From Takakia lepidozioides (lineage: Eukaryota; Plantae; Bryophyta), in assembly GCA_030704615.1 (NCBI GenBank), contig CM060731.1, forward strand, positions 58,776,001-58,840,000: a DNA stretch of 64,000 nt, read 5' to 3'. Both the position numbers and the translations under genes were made by a program. Below the pieces are notes generated by a model that saw only the letters and a list, made by a program, of their open reading frames with translations, had not been told where the DNA came from and did no database searches. This document shows, piece after piece, positions 50,298 through 64,000 of the stretch (position 1 is the first letter of the stretch; every line of letters begins with the position of its first letter).

Positions 50298-51760
50298 AAG
50301 AAGAAACATGTACAAAGGAAGTGTGTTGCTTGAAAGTGAAGGTGGAAAGATCACGATTTGTCGCAATTTACATGTCATGAAATGCTAGCCATCAATATCT
50401 GTCAACTGCTCATGCTGATGATAACAACTCAAACATGGCTCTCAAGGGCACCAGTGAAGTCATGGGGAGAACCTTATTGCAGAGTGGACAACCAGGCGTG
50501 AAGACAGTCTCAAATTTGTTGGGGGTCTTGAACATATAAAAGAGGAGTGGGAACATTTAGGGGTATTGCTTTTTGCCCGATTCTTTCTAAGTCCCCAGAT
50601 CTGCAAAGGGATTAGTTCTTGAGATTGCCAAGCTATAGGTTTGCTTCAACCTTGATGAAGAACTCCTTAATTGCTTACATAAACAAGTTCTCAGTGAGTG
50701 CAATGCTAGGTGCCTTCGAAATCGCATGGAACACGCTAATCCAAACTACAAGCAGTCTTCGCAGCAATCTATTGAGGAAGGGAGTGGTGACCTGGCAAGA
50801 GTTGGTTGAGGAAGTTTCTCAACCTTGTCGCTCAGCACTCACCCAGTTCACCCGGGGGAGCATGTGCATTACCTTGGGTCCTGTAGCAGTCCACTCTGGG
50901 ACTCAGATCCCCTCTTAAAGTGTGGGAATGTTGGTAAGTTCCTTCTGTGTGCTTGTTGCACTCATCTTTTCTGAATTATCATGGCCCGTGGTGGTAACGA
51001 AGCTTTCTCCTGAGGACCAATTACACTTCCACAAGTGGAGATGAGGACACACAGCAACAACACAGCCCAGGCTGAGCTGCCATCAGAGATCAGCACACCC
51101 CCCCCGGAAACGGCGCATCAATGTGCACAGGTGCTGCTCAATTCACACATGAGCCACCATGCGCAACTTGGAGGGGTAGTCTTCCCTTGTAGTTTGGAAT
51201 ATCAACTCCTTTCAAATCAGATCTTCCTTTGGGCATTTACACGGAGATGTTGGGCACGCACTTGTCCAATGTGGACAGTATCCAAGGCTGTGCACTCATG
51301 ACACTGGTGAACTCCCAAGGATGCAGGACATGCAAGTCACTCCCTCATTGCAGTATAAACTTGGAAACCTCAGGCACAGGAAAAAGATTTGGGGGGATCG
51401 TGGCCCAACCTCTTTGGAAAATCTGTCCACAGCCGCAGGCTCAGAGGGTGGGTGTAAGAGAGCTTCCAAGTAACAGGGTCCATAGGACCAAGAAGGATTG
51501 CAGAGCCAAAGCTCTTGACACTGAAGTTGTAACTGCTGCCAGGGAGAAACTGAAGAAAACTGCTTGGCGAAACATGGCTAAACCACCCCAAGCTTCAGGA
51601 AACTGTCTGGCTAAACCTGGCTAAACTAGTACATTGTTCTTCTTGCGCTTCTCTTTTCCTCTCTCTCCTCCATGCATCAATCCCCTACACAAGTGTAGCA
51701 GGCCCAATGTTTGGTCGCTGTCTTGCTCAAGCACGTGCTGCATATCTGCAGTCTGTGAAG

Positions 51761-52519
51761 ATGGCTGCAGTTGTCAACAACATGGCTACCACTTTTTCTG
51801 GAACAAGGGTCATGGTGCCAGTCGTTTCCTTGTCTTCTTCATCCCTCACTGCTCACTCGCTGGGCTGTACGGGTGCAACATGGAAGGAGTATTCTAAAAT
51901 CTCCTTTGTGGGATTGTATGGAGGTCCCAGTCTTCAGAAACTCTCGATTCCAATGAAGAATGTGTCAGCCAGGCGGTCAGGCCCACGGTCTTTCACCGCT
52001 ACTGCAGTTACCAATGCGGCTATTTCTGTAGGAGAGAAGCTTCCGGAGGCAGAGCTATCGTACTTAGATAAGGAAGGTAATGTCCAGACTGTCAAGGTGT
52101 CCGAACTCACTACAGGAAAGAAGGTGCTGCTTTTTGCCGTGCCTGGGGCTTTTACTCCGACCTGTTCACAGAAACATCTGCCCGGATTCGTTGAGAAAGC
52201 TGTGGTACTGCATGCTGCCGGGGTTGATACCATTGCATGCGTAGCTGTGAATGATGTCTTTGTGATGAAGGCGTGGGGTGATAGCATTGGAGTAGGCAAC
52301 AAGGTTCTGCTGCTGTCAGATGGCTTGGCAGATTTCACCAAGGCATTGGGTGTGACAGTCGATCTGAGTGACAAGCCTGTTGGATTAGGGGTTCGTTCAC
52401 GCCGGTATGCACTTCTAGCGGAAGATGGAGTGGTATCAATTTTGAATCTTGAGGAAGGTGGTGCATTCACCATCAGTGGCCCCGAAGAAATTTTGAAGAC
52501 TCTGCAGGCAGTTGTCTAA
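51761..52519 (+). CDS. PRXIIE: Type II peroxiredoxin, plastid PrxIIE-like, intronless
   Basis: [38 protein letters not shown]; transit-peptide-like N-terminus (alternative ATG at 51707). Confidence 0.93.
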   Translation: MAAVVNNMATTFSGTRVMVPVVSLSSSSLTAHSLGCTGATWKEYSKISFVGLYGGPSLQKLSIPMKNVSARRSGPRSFTATAVTNAAISVGEKLPEAELSYLDKEGNVQTVKVSELTTGKKVLLFAVPGAFTPTCSQKHLPGFVEKAVVLHAAGVDTIACVAVNDVFVMKAWGDSIGVGNKVLLLSDGLADFTKALGVTVDLSDKPVGLGVRSRRYALLAEDGVVSILNLEEGGAFTISGPEEILKTLQAVV

Positions 52520-53235
52520 ACAAAGAGATGAAATCGGCTTGACTCTGGTGAGTAATTAATGTTCTGAGTCTTTCAAGGCCGTCATGTTTTCGAAGTGTGC
52601 TCGTGGAATGTGCTTAATTTTGATGACAACAATCTTCATGCAATAGAAACAATTGATAATGTGGAAGCCCTGTCTACAGGTTCATCAGTATCAGATTATG
52701 ATTATAGTGAAATGTATATGCATTTGTTTGATGCTCATCTCAGAGATCAGCCAGCTTGTTGCTCTTAGATTTCTCAACTGCCCCTGTATCCTCTAAGCAA
52801 GCCACTACTCTCTGTAAGGAGGCTTTATTTGGTCCGCCAGTATCTTCTTCACTCCACTTAAACTGGCATCGTGACGTTAATGATTGTGTGTATAGGGTGT
52901 GTATTATCTGTATGAATGGAGGTTTTCAGGTCTTGTCGATGATGGAATGGCCTACAACGCCAAATTGTTGCTTGGGTGGCAGGACCAAAGCAACAGATGC
53001 ATCAACAAATCTATACAAGGCAATCGTCAATCCACCACACATCACCAGCAAAATTCCAGTGTCCACTTTCTACCTGGCCAGTTCCCCAAGTACAATCTAC
53101 AGATGCAAGCCCAAATTCCTTGGCACTTCCTCCAATTCAGATTCACCACCTTCACATTACAGTGAAGGCAATCTAGGGGCATCCATTTGGGGTGACACCA
53201 TAGTTTATGCACATTTTATTTTTGTGAATCATCTC

Positions 53236-53320
53236 TTTTTTTCTTTTTTTCTTTTTTTTTTTTTCTTAAAACAGGGGACAGAGGCCCTGACGGAATTCTA
53301 TTTGGAATGTTTTTGAAAGG
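53236..53320 (-). mobile_element. Short 5'-truncated LINE/SINE 3' end with A-tail
   Basis: Minus strand gggcctctgtccc followed by an A-rich tail, the same motif as the LINE end at 15016-15043. Confidence 0.5.
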
Positions 53321-54507
53321 GGAGGAAGCTTGCCATGAACTTTATTTGCACTATTGGAAGGAATTCATCTTGTTTTCCACCAAAAAATCCTCATGGAAGT
53401 GCGCATACCATCCATCCATCCATCCATCTCAGTCGAGACAGTTAACTTGAGTTGCCACAGCCACGCTATCTGGGATACGGATGATCGCGGGATATTCTTT
53501 CCGAAATCTGTCCACCCAACCCTCTATCTTTATCGACCAACGATGAAATTCTACACACGTCTGGAGTGACGGTGGATCCAACGGCCACTTCTGGGAAAGA
53601 TTGTGAAAAGAGGAATGAAGGCAAATAGGTGAACCAAATCTCCTTACCCTTTCAATCGAGACAACCAGCAGTGATCGTCCACGTGGCGGGATCTTGTACC
53701 TAATTTCGGCTCCTCGTACCTCTTCGCATTTTAGTGGCCCCGCAAATTACTAACTTAGTGACTAACTACTAACTACCTAGTATTTATGTTACTAATCTCT
53801 CACAATTTGAGTCACAGCTAATTAGTACCTACTTCTGTTTTTCCGGATAGAGCCCACCCTTGAAAGGGGGCAGTACCCGCAAGGGGAAGAGGCTCTTATT
53901 TACGCTAGCTTCGGTTGGCGTCATGTATATATATATACCTACTTCTGTTTTTCCTTCTTTTTAACCAGACCCCCAGCCCCCAACACCTTGTAGGCCCAGT
54001 TGAGAGCATGACAACCATGGCGTTAGCAGGACGCCGAATGAAGCGGTGGCGAAGCAAGAGGAGATGCTCCAAATCCGGAGCCGTGCTCAACACGAAATCA
54101 TCCAACATGGGTTGTAGCCATGTGCGAAGCTTCCACGCAAAGGGGAAAAATGAGCGATAAGATTCGAACATGATGTTGAACAAATCGCTAAAATGCTCAA
54201 GTTGTTGGCCGTCATTGGGTTGTACGTAGTGGCCTGTCGTGTTGCCAACCAATGTCGCACCAACTGTCGCATTGACCGCACGAACATTTTGCCAATCACA
54301 CCTGAACGGTGCGACAACCACAATTTCCACTCGACAATACAAGCAACATCATATCACCACCCAAATCAATCAATTAAATCCCATAAACTGCACAAAATGA
54401 ACAACCCATGGCCTACCCACTCTCTTTTTTGTCGTCCATTCCGGGTCGGTGTCGGTCTTCAGCACATCCTTGTTTTTTCTTAACTGTTACTTTTAATCTG
54501 ATACCAA

Positions 54508-54680
54508 CAGTCAGTAGCTCAGTTGTTAAAGTGCACTGAGTGCCATCCGGATGGCCCTGGGGTCAAATCCTGCTACTTGACGGGTGTGGTGAGAGGTTAT
54601 TTCCTCCTCTCTCTATCAAGGGGCCTGTCCCTGCGCTGTCGCTCCCAGGTGTTTCCCTTTTGAAAATTTTAAAAAACAAA
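54508..54680 (+). mobile_element. tRNA-derived SINE-like element
   Basis: A-box tagctcagttg (54515), B-box-like ggtcaaatcc (54561), gggcctgtccct and an A-rich tail. Confidence 0.55.
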
Positions 54681-56448
54681 ATGATAATAATATTTTTTCC
54701 TTGCGCCATGCAGTTGGCGCCATGATCAATAGATTTATGACTCATTCCTTTCAAAAAACCTAAAATGATAAAATAAACCGCAGAAATTTTTAATTTAATT
54801 TAATTTTTAAAAAAAAGTTTAATTAAGGATCGTTTAGTGAAGAGGAGCGTGGGTAAAGTGCATGAGAGAAATGGCGATGGCGATGGCTAAGTTATGGTGT
54901 GAGAGGAGGAGGAAGGCGAGGCTGTCTTGTGTGGAGCCTCTCAGCACTGCCTGGAAATTTTTGGAGATGGTGCCAGTGAAGGGATCGATGGAGGTTACGG
55001 CAGCTTGCTCTAGCAGACTGGAAGCATCTCTCTTTGTCGCTCACTGCTGCGGCTCCACTTCTCTGTGGTAGCACCGTGCGAGTTGAGAGTAAAGTCTACT
55101 TTGGGTTAGGGTCGAGTGTGGTACGGGTGAAAACCTGATAGTGATATCTGTCGCTAGTTGGACACTCCCTTTGTCTTAGTCTTAGTGTTGTCGGACTGTC
55201 TCTGGCATTCAAGGTAACTTAGGGTCCTTCAGGCTTGGTACATCATACTGGATGTGTATTGTGGAAGTGAACATCATTCATGATCCTGAGGCTGAGTTGT
55301 TCGACGTTCACTATGTCACTTTCATTCTCTCTTTAGAAGGAGGTGCATCTTGATTTTGTTCTGTCTCTGCCTCGTTCGCGAAGGAATGCATTGAAGCTCT
55401 GAGTCTTGACAGTCTCTCCACAGAATTATTGACCTGCATTTTCGCATGTCTTTTCTGTCCATCTTTCAGCCGATTTTTTGAACTCAAGCTTGAGTTTGAT
55501 CTCTGTAGTGTCCACTCATGTAGCATGTATTGACAAGGGATCCTGTCTTCTCTAGCATAGCGACTTCGCTAACAGTGCGGGGTAGTATCGAACCAGTTCA
55601 ACCGCATTCTCTCTGCTTACAACAGTGCAGCGGCAGATTGAAGTGCGCTTGCAAGTTGGAACACCTGTGTTTAGCCGGTTGCTTTTGGTGCGATCTGTAA
55701 TGGTGAATCAGAATATCTTTGAAAGCCCTACAGCGCTGTCTACGTGCAATCGAAGGTAATTCTCAACCAAAGGACACACTTTCCCCCTCGATAATCACGA
55801 TAATCAAAGGGCTTCCCGTCTTTGATGTCAAGTACGTCGACTGCAGTTGCACTTTCTGCCGTGTATATCTGAAGTTGATGATGTTCTTGATGAGAGTTTC
55901 AATATCTGAGCATACGTAGGAGCTTAGGCTCTGCCGAGTTTGGCCCAGAGATACCTTCATATTCGCTCCTGCATATTATGATGAATTGTAGTGAATGCAA
56001 CAAGAGACATGTCACAATTTCCAGTGTTGAAAATAGAGGAGTTAGGTTTTGATTCCATAGGCCAATCAAAATTCCCTTTCTGCTTCAATATGATTAATGA
56101 ACTGAGAAGTCTCTGGACAAACTCAGGTAGCTTTCCATGAGTGGAGGACTGGAAGTAAATCGCATTAGTAACCGTGCGGAAGCAAAGAGCATCAGATCTT
56201 TGTTCGAGTGTGAGTGCAAGCTGTGCCATGTTTAGCAGGCACACCAAAGGTGGTTTTTATTCCTTCTTGTGGTTGATGATGATTGATCCTTATGTCTGTA
56301 GTACATACACTAAATGATGTTAAGGTAGGCGTATGTGTTCCAGTTTGACAAGGAGAGGCAAAGTGTAAGAAGTTTCCTTGGAAGATTTTCCTTTTAATAG
56401 ATCACCAGGTGATGGTTCGCCGTTGTCTCTGTACAGGCAAGTCGCAGT

Positions 56449-59400
56449 ATGCAACCAGCCATTGTCAACTTCATAAATATGCCTGTGACAAAGCCAAAGC
56501 CACAAGATTGTCAAGAGCCTCCACACTGTCAAGAATTTCACGAGCCTCAAGAGTCTCAAGAATCTCGGAAGTTCCAGGAGCCTCAAGAGTCTCAAGTGCT
56601 TCAAGTTGAAGGGGCCCATGGTCCGAGTACCTCCAAACCACAGTCTGAAGAACCTGCACAGTCCCAACAGACTCAAAAGTCTGGGGAACATCCAGTGGAA
56701 ACTGATATTCCATGTATCTCCAAACCACAGTCTGAAGAACCTGCACAGTCCCAACAGACTCAAAAGTCTGGGGAACATCCAGTGGAAACTGATATTCCAG
56801 GTATCTCCAAACCACAGTCTGAAGAACCTGCACAGTCCCAACAGACTCAAAAGTCTGGGGAACATCCAGTGGAAACTGATATTCCATGTATCTCCAAACC
56901 ACAGTCTGAAGAACCTGCAAAGTCACAACAGACTCAAAAGTCTGAGGAACATCCAGTGGAAACTGATATTCCATGTATCTCCAAACCACAGTCTGAAGAA
57001 CCTGCAAAGTCACAACAGACTCAAAAGTCTGGGGAACATCCAGTGGAAACTGATATTCCATGTATCTCCAAATCACAGCCTCCGGAGCATGAAGGGTCAC
57101 AAAAGCCTCCACAAAGTCATGGGGCTGAAGTGCAAGGGAATAAGGGTCCTTGTAGTGCTGGGCCAGTGGCCACTGTGGGAGTTAGCACAAGGACCCCTAT
57201 GTCACACAAGGCAGGTAGTGTAAATTCTTTTGTACCCTCCGTTCTTGAAAGCCAAAGCATTGTTAGATGTTGATAATTTTACAATGCCAAGCAATTGCTT
57301 AGAAATACTGTCAGTCTTATAGCCCAAAAAAATGGGTCTAGGAATTGGAAGCAAATCTGGATCAGGTAAATGTGAATGAAATATACAATCGGCCAGACCA
57401 TTGCCTACACTTCAGTTTCAGGATTACTTTATTCTGAAAGAGCTGAAAGGTAGACTCTCTGGTTGGTGGCTTGCGATGAAATGTTATCTGAGAGTGGTCC
57501 TGACAGCAGGAATGTAGTCATGTCTTTCAACCTGTTTTCTTTCTGTAATCATGATTATTCAACAGGTGAAGAGATTTTACTGAACAATTGATTGTTACCA
57601 AAGGCAGAGCAGTATTTTCCAACTTTGGGTTACTACATGGATTTGTTGACAAAACTTACACCTCAAGTCAATCTTGCAGGTGTGCACCCGGTGATAATCG
57701 ATTTATCGGATGATGATGATGATGATGAGGCTGAGGATGTGATAGATACGAAGCATGTGCCCTCGCGTCACTCTTCTATAAAAGATAGGAAGATCCTATT
57801 CACCAGGCTGGCAAATGACAGAAACTACCCAGCTCTCCCTCAGCATGCTGCAAGCCCCGGGATTCTCCAGGAAGGAAGAGGAGAGGGTGAAACATTTTGG
57901 GGACGACAAGTAGCGGTTGCACCTTTTCCTTACAATGTACCAGGCGTTGATATTCAATGCTCAGACAGGGGCAACAGTTTCGAAACGGCGATGGTCCCAG
58001 AGCCCAGGTAGAGGCTGAAGAGGGATGGCAGTTGTTTGCAATTGTAATTACAATGCCAAAGCTCCACGTTAACCTTCTGTAATCCACTTTGGAATCAACA
58101 TTCTTGGATTCTTGAATACTTTTTCGGTCTCAAAGTGGTGCCTTGTTTCTAACACTTGCTTGGTCATCATGGCTGAGATTCACAATACACTAACTAAACT
58201 CTGGAAGGTCTAGTCAGGAGTGGGATTGGTCAGGCCAGCTTGGGGACAGGGGTGGGTCCCGACACCAAGTCTACTCGAAAGTATTCAACACATTCCTTCT
58301 ATGGCCCTTAAGCTGAAATGCTGACCCGTGAAGAGCCACACATAGAGGCTAATAAGCAAGAGGAGCACAGGATCGTGGCCGTCATCTTTTGCAGCAGATC
58401 TAGCCTTGCTTTGCTAAGTGACTGTGGTATCTGTATAGAAGTATTGCAGCTTATGGAGTGTAAACAATCTGACTGCATCAAGGATGTGCAGGTGGGCAGC
58501 AACAACAATTGGAACCTTTACAGTCCAATGCAATCTATGTGGAAAGTGGAGAATTATACCCACAAAGGAGCAGTACCATGCTATTGGGCAGCGTGTTTTG
58601 GAGAAGCCATGGGTTTGTGAGGAGGCCCGTGCTTGGAGAGAGGATGCTTCATGTGAGAAGCCCTCAGATCTTTCAGAGGATGAACCCTCCATTTTGTGGG
58701 CTGTCGACAAGCACAGCATTCCTGAACCCCCTCATGGGTTTCACCGCAGAGTTGTTATCAGGGGCGAGTTATCGAGGACTTTTGCTGATGTGTATGTGCT
58801 TGACCCCTGTGTTCCCTGTGTAGATCAGTTACTTCCAAAGCTTGACCAAGTTGGATGGTAATATACGAGCTTCTCCCACAATTTATTTAAATTCCAGGGG
58901 TAAAGCCTCCTTGAAGAATATCCCCAAGAGGGTCAGTGATTTAATATTATCAAGTCCGTTCACTTATTTCAAGCATTTGCTTGTTGGCTACTTGCTTGGT
59001 GTCTGCAGCTACTACAAGACACCCTGCGGCAAAACTCTGCGCTCCATGGTGGATGTTCAAAGGTAATTCAACTGTTTTGCAGCATTGGCAGAAAAGATTT
59101 TCTGGAATAAGGTGTCTTTCTTTCTGGGACTTGCATATCATGTCTAGGACTATGAACACTGCTCTCCATGATGGACAAGTTTACTGTTTCGGATTGAGGT
59201 AGCTTTGTCTCTCTGACTTCATATCATGTCTAGGACTATCTCCGTCTTGTGTTGAAGTTCTGGTCCTCCTTTGTGTAGTAATCTCTTTAGGTGGGTTCGT
59301 ATTTGCAGGTTTCTAGATGATCAGCCCCTGTTGGTTGAAACGGGAGTCAAGCTTTCTCAGTTTAGTTTCACAAGACCAAAACCAGGGCCTGGTGTACAGA

Positions 59401-59882
59401 AAAGGACTGCTAATTCTTCAGTAGGGGATAAAACGACCAAGAGACCCTGCCTCCCATCACCCCCGGCCCTCCAGCTTCCAACTCACTTCGCCCCCTTTTT
59501 TGCTGTGCCATTGGCGGTGATGAACCCTATCTTACAGGTTCCTCACCTGCAATTGCCCGAGACCCCCACAATGACGGAGGAACAACTGGCCTTTTTGTCA
59601 TCTGCGCCAGTAGTAAATGGACATGCCCTTTACCCAATAGTCAATGCAGCACATAGCTTCCCAGGGCCCTATGGAAGCTCTTCGTCTCCTTGGCAAATCT
59701 ACCAGTATCAACCGTTTGATTCTGGAACTTTCCTGCATGGCAATCTGCAGAGGTGTGATACAGGGAGAGATGTTAGTGTCGGTTTCAATGAGCAGGGGAG
59801 ACAGGGCTTGCTTCCTCCAGGAAGGGTACAGGCAACTTCAACTCCAGAAGTTCTCCCTTTGAAAGATCCAAAATGCTCTTAA
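56449..59882 (+). CDS. CW-type zinc finger plus methyl-CpG-binding domain protein; exons 56449-57214, 57680-58007, 58492-58791, 59009-59062, 59309-59882
   Basis: TVQCNLCGKWR..WVCE..CEKP (CW); PPHGFHRRVVIR..FADVYYKTPCGKTLRSMVDVQRFL..QFSF (MBD); GT-AG introns with consistent phases. Confidence 0.88.
56631..57065 (+). repeat. Coding tandem repeat, 5 x 87 bp (29 aa SKPQSEEPAQSQQTQKSGEHPVETDIPCI)
   Basis: Near-identical units. Confidence 0.97.
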
Positions 59883-61339
59883 AAGTTGTGTTGTGCAGGT
59901 CTCAAACTACTTCAATTTGGGTGCTCACTCAGTATCCATATCTCAGCCACCTGTGGAAGCAATGTATAGATTGTTGCCTTTCAAAAGGACTTTTACTGAC
60001 ACATCCCAGTTCCATGATTCTTTGAGATCCACTACTTGACGGCAGAAATGTTCGCCATTTTCTTGGGAGAGGCTTCTGTAGAGCTCAAATACAAGTTTTA
60101 ATGCACTGGAAGTCTCAAGCCAATGCCAGATATCGTTGCACTTTGAAAGAGGTATCAGAGTTGCATCTCCCATTCTCATGACATGTCTGGGATTGTATGG
60201 TAACTGCCAGTCTCATGAGTCTGCTAGGGTTTATTAGATATATGTCATCAATGACAAAGGTGAATGTTTCATTCAAAGGTGCTTTGCTTGGCACAGCTGA
60301 GCTCTCAGAAAAGAGTTGTGTACTTTTAAGCTTGCCAATCTGGGTTTGCTAACCCTTTGCATGTTTCTGACATCTGGTGTTGGTGAGAGATAACAATGAC
60401 CAGGTGTTAAGAATCAGAGAGGTGCCAATCAACGAAGGTTCACCCTTCTGTGCCAGTTGGCCACTCAGATACAGAGATATTGGGTTGTCTAATGACAATG
60501 ACTGGATGGAACTCAGCTTCCTAATTGCATATTTGCATGTCTCAAATTGAGTCCAGGAATTCAAGGGCCAGGAGGGTAGAGCACAATATTGTCATCAGCA
60601 AGTACTGAGTCATCCTCTTATGAAGATCTAGGAAGCAGGAATTTGGTGAAGACATCCACAAAAGGCTCTCTGTTCAAAAGGAGAACATGCCATTTACCAA
60701 AGTATCCCTCGTGGTACACTAGAATTCAATGTCACTGCTGGAATTGGTCAAAGAAGTAGCTACACTAAGGAAAGTTGGCCTCCAGAGCTAAGTTGGTAGA
60801 AACCAAAGGCCTGTCTCACAGAGTAAACTCATATATGTTACTATCTAGGGTCTACAGACATTCAGTACATGACAAGTAACCCTGCTAGGTTGCAGCTTTT
60901 ATCTTGGACCTGGCGTGAGTATGTGTGAAGCTCCCAGGTGCAGCAATGTAAGCATTTGTATATTTGGGAGAATAAACACAGATTTTTTCCACCCTTCATG
61001 GCAGACAAACACACTCAAGAAGACTATCGGAGAGCAGATGTGTATCTGAAGAGCCATTACTCCACCTTCTTATTACTCCACCTTCTCGTTATGTGACAGG
61101 GTAGAGCTTGGGTAAACCTTCTATTGACAAATAAGCCAGCACCAGTTATCACGTGGACCAGACATTGCCTTGGTGACTAATTGAGCGGGACCATCAACAG
61201 TAGAGGTGGTTCCCCAACATGTGAGAAAACTGAATAACAAGAATTCATAAAAACCACTGACTCGCTGGTGCAACCTACTTAATTGCCTCGATATGTTTGA
61301 ATGTGATCTGGGTCAAAATACCCCAGGAGAGCGTTCATT

Positions 61340-63363
61340 TCAGGGAATGCTCACTGCTGCCGTGTGGCTTGCATCCTTTGCAGGTGCCCAACAGCGGGCA
61401 TACCGAGCCTGCAGCCATGGTGGCAAGGGATTTCGTGGTGGGGGGGGAGGATGAGCTGGCTTTGACTCTCTCAGTTCATTTGGCCGATCAACAAACCTGC
61501 CATAACATACCCACCATGACAGCAAATTTCCCTAGTTTACAATCAGCAAAAAAGTGTCTTTGACTGCCTGCCCTTACACAACCTAGAACTGTCCTACTCC
61601 ACCAGCACAACCTTGCAATCTCACAGGGTAAACTACACATTACCCCAACACTCCTGCACTGCCAAATGAGCCCACAGAAAGAGACCAACTACATGTTGTC
61701 CACCCATGATATGCAGTCGATTTCCTACACCACAGATGCAAAGGGAAGTACTCACTCGATATATGCCATTCGAGCTGCATCCCCTACCCTAATTCGTGTG
61801 GCCAAAACTCGTGTATATCCACCAGCTCGCTCCCTGGAACCACCACCAGTTTCCTCCCCATAGTTGCAATAAAATCCACTTCCAAACCACCAAAAGGAAA
61901 CATGACTTGAAGGAAAACAAACATAGATTGAACCAGAACCAACCTGTAGCGGAAAGCCAACTCTGAGAAGATCTTGTGAAGCACATCGTCACCATGCACA
62001 ATCCCAGCTGCTCGTCGCCTTGCAGCCAGAGTGCCCTACAAGGAGCCCCATATTACTAAGTAGTGCGCAGGCACAAAGGCTTTTCCTACTCCCACCCATC
62101 AGCAGCAGAGAGGCGCACCTGTTTACCGAGCTGGACCATGTTGTCAGCCACTCTCCTCAGCTCCTTGGCCTGCCACACCAGCAACACATCAAAAACACTG
62201 TTTACTGACCCAATCTCATGCAGCCACTATCAAAATTGATGATACAGCTAGTGAAAGATTTCAACTAAATATCCTCCGAACCCACTGTGCAACTGCAACC
62301 TGACTTCCCAGAGAACCCTGATTCCAGAGGACATTAGACACAAACTGTTCTAGGGTTCTTGCAAGCTTTGAGAGACGAGTTGACTTGACCCCACAATCTA
62401 TGCCTCCTCTTGACAAGCGCACTGGTCAAGTTCTTCTATAAATTATGTCTCTACAGTTAGGGCACTACACACTACCTACCACATAAAGCGAACATTACCA
62501 ACCGAGAGCAGAACTGTCTGGTTTGTGCCTTTCCCCACATATTTCCCAGATGTGTTCAACGTCTTTCGTTGGGAACATTGGAGCAGATCACGTGTCTTCC
62601 AATAATTTAAAAATAATTTGTTCTTTGCAGAGATTTTCCTGTTTAATCCTGGATCCAAACTCCTCCTACTCCCGTGCAGAAATTTTGAAGCCCCGATCAT
62701 GAAAACTAGAGCTACATCTTTAGTGTCAGTGGGAACCGTTGATCAGGCCGGGGAAGCCTTCTTGGCTCTGCAATTTTCCAGTACTATTGAAGTCTTAGCT
62801 CGGAACGGCTTTACTGACAGTGCGATTCAAATTAGGATACCTTGGCAGTGATACAACTATCACAGAGAAAGTAGTGGGAAAAAAGGCCTCCTTGCAGTGT
62901 GTCCTTCTCGGGTTAGATAGTATTGCCTTAACTAGAGCATTACCCTAACCGGATCTAGAAAGGCAGAACTGCCTATGTACTTTCCCAACTAAGACGAATA
63001 CCAAATGTGAGAGGGAGAGGCCAGACCTTGGGCACGGTAGTCTCGATGCGCTCATGCTGCACCAGCTGCGACACCATGTTTCTGCACCCAGACCCCAGGT
63101 CAGGATTCTTGTGCTGCTAACCTCCTTGACTGCCTACATCCGCTACAATCCTGTGTGCCATCATCGACCTGTGCATGGAAAAGAGGTGATGCGCATGTAA
63201 CATCGGTGTATACGAGACACCCATTTCCTGCCTGTGTATCCTGCCTGCAAATCAGATCCAAGAAAAATCGGAATCAAATTAAACAGAAATTGAGAGACCT
63301 GAGCAGCGCCCAGCGATGGCTGGACGTGCGTCCCAGCTTTCGCATGGCATGGCGATGCTTCAT
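61340..63363 (-). CDS. RPL17: Nucleus-encoded organellar (probably mitochondrial) ribosomal protein bL17, 165 aa; exons 63363-63299, 63081-63027, 62169-62119, 62035-61944, 61833-61756, 61496-61340
   Basis: Spliced product [72 protein letters not shown]; all introns GT-AG and in phase. Confidence 0.93.
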
Positions 63364-64000
63364 GGCTGCCTGCGCTGCTCCCTCGCTGTGTTCCAGCGGC
63401 CCTGTGCAGCAGCTCAAATGGGGAAGAAAGCGTTGTAGGGCGCTGTGGTCCTGCGTTCAAATCTAGGCTTGCGCACAATTCCATGGAGTTCTCGAGATAT
63501 TATTGTTTTTCTTTTTTCCCCCCCACCAAGGAAACGCCAACCCCAGCAACCGGGCCTTGTAGGGGAAAAATAAATCCTTGTATTTTCAGTAGTCACGGAA
63601 AAAAAGACCTTGACATGGCTCATTTCAAAACTGAACCCGGACCTGAAACCAGAGCGGCCTATTGGATCCAGAACCCACTATACCGTAGTATAAGGGCCAT
63701 TTCGACACAAATTTAATATTTCAAAGATTGTTGAAAATTTTAGAAGTTGATTTTGTGAAATTCAATAACTTTGTGAATGATAATAAAGCATCTTTGGGAA
63801 TATTCCATATGTCGAAATGGACTTCTCGAAATAAATTAAATATTCGACAGGTGACTTGCCAAGGTAATACGGTACCCGCTACGCCGGCCGGTGAACAGGG
63901 TCGGCTATGACTCATGACCTACGAACCCAACTTGTCAATATGAAAACACATTAACCCATAATAAGTGGCAAAACTCATTTTCACCCACTCCTGGAAAAAC

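Noticed and set aside
54508-54580. Functional tRNA gene
   Set aside because: B box deviates and no convincing cloverleaf; a SINE head is more likely.
56320-57223. Alternative-frame and antisense ORFs over the 87-bp repeat, and antisense ORFs over PPR, pol and Prx genes
   Set aside because: Shadows of repeats or of the real coding strand.
56449-59882. Functional link between the host MBD gene and the transposon DNMT
   Set aside because: About 50 kb apart with unrelated genes between; nothing beyond proximity.

Overview
Nuclear DNA from a non-seed land plant (inferred from PLS-DYW PPR expansion plus a microbial-type terpene synthase; hornwort, fern or lycophyte-like). The first ~33 kb is a nested transposon island. 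It contains a 12-kb Ty3/Gypsy-type retroelement (101-12131, minus strand) inserted in an L1 LINE, and a deleted relative (21730-~32595) interrupted by a non-autonomous CACTA element (25422-31861) that carries gene fragments. The Gypsy family is unusual in four ways. (1) Its pol carries a DNMT3-like C5 cytosine methyltransferase between protease and RT. (2) Its integrase ends in a PHD finger. (3) It has no visible tRNA PBS but has a 15-nt segment complementary to its own repeat, suggesting self-priming. (4) Its termini are split direct repeats (B-internal-A-nn-B-A in element sense), as if a two-LTR circle had integrated through an internal TGTC/GACA site; both copies show the A-B-nn-A end. The remainder is genic: a frameshifted MTPSL gene, three PLS-class PPR genes (two intact DYW, one broken) each preceded by decayed OSB-type PDF-motif exons, a type II peroxiredoxin, a CW-MBD gene and an organellar ribosomal protein L17 gene.
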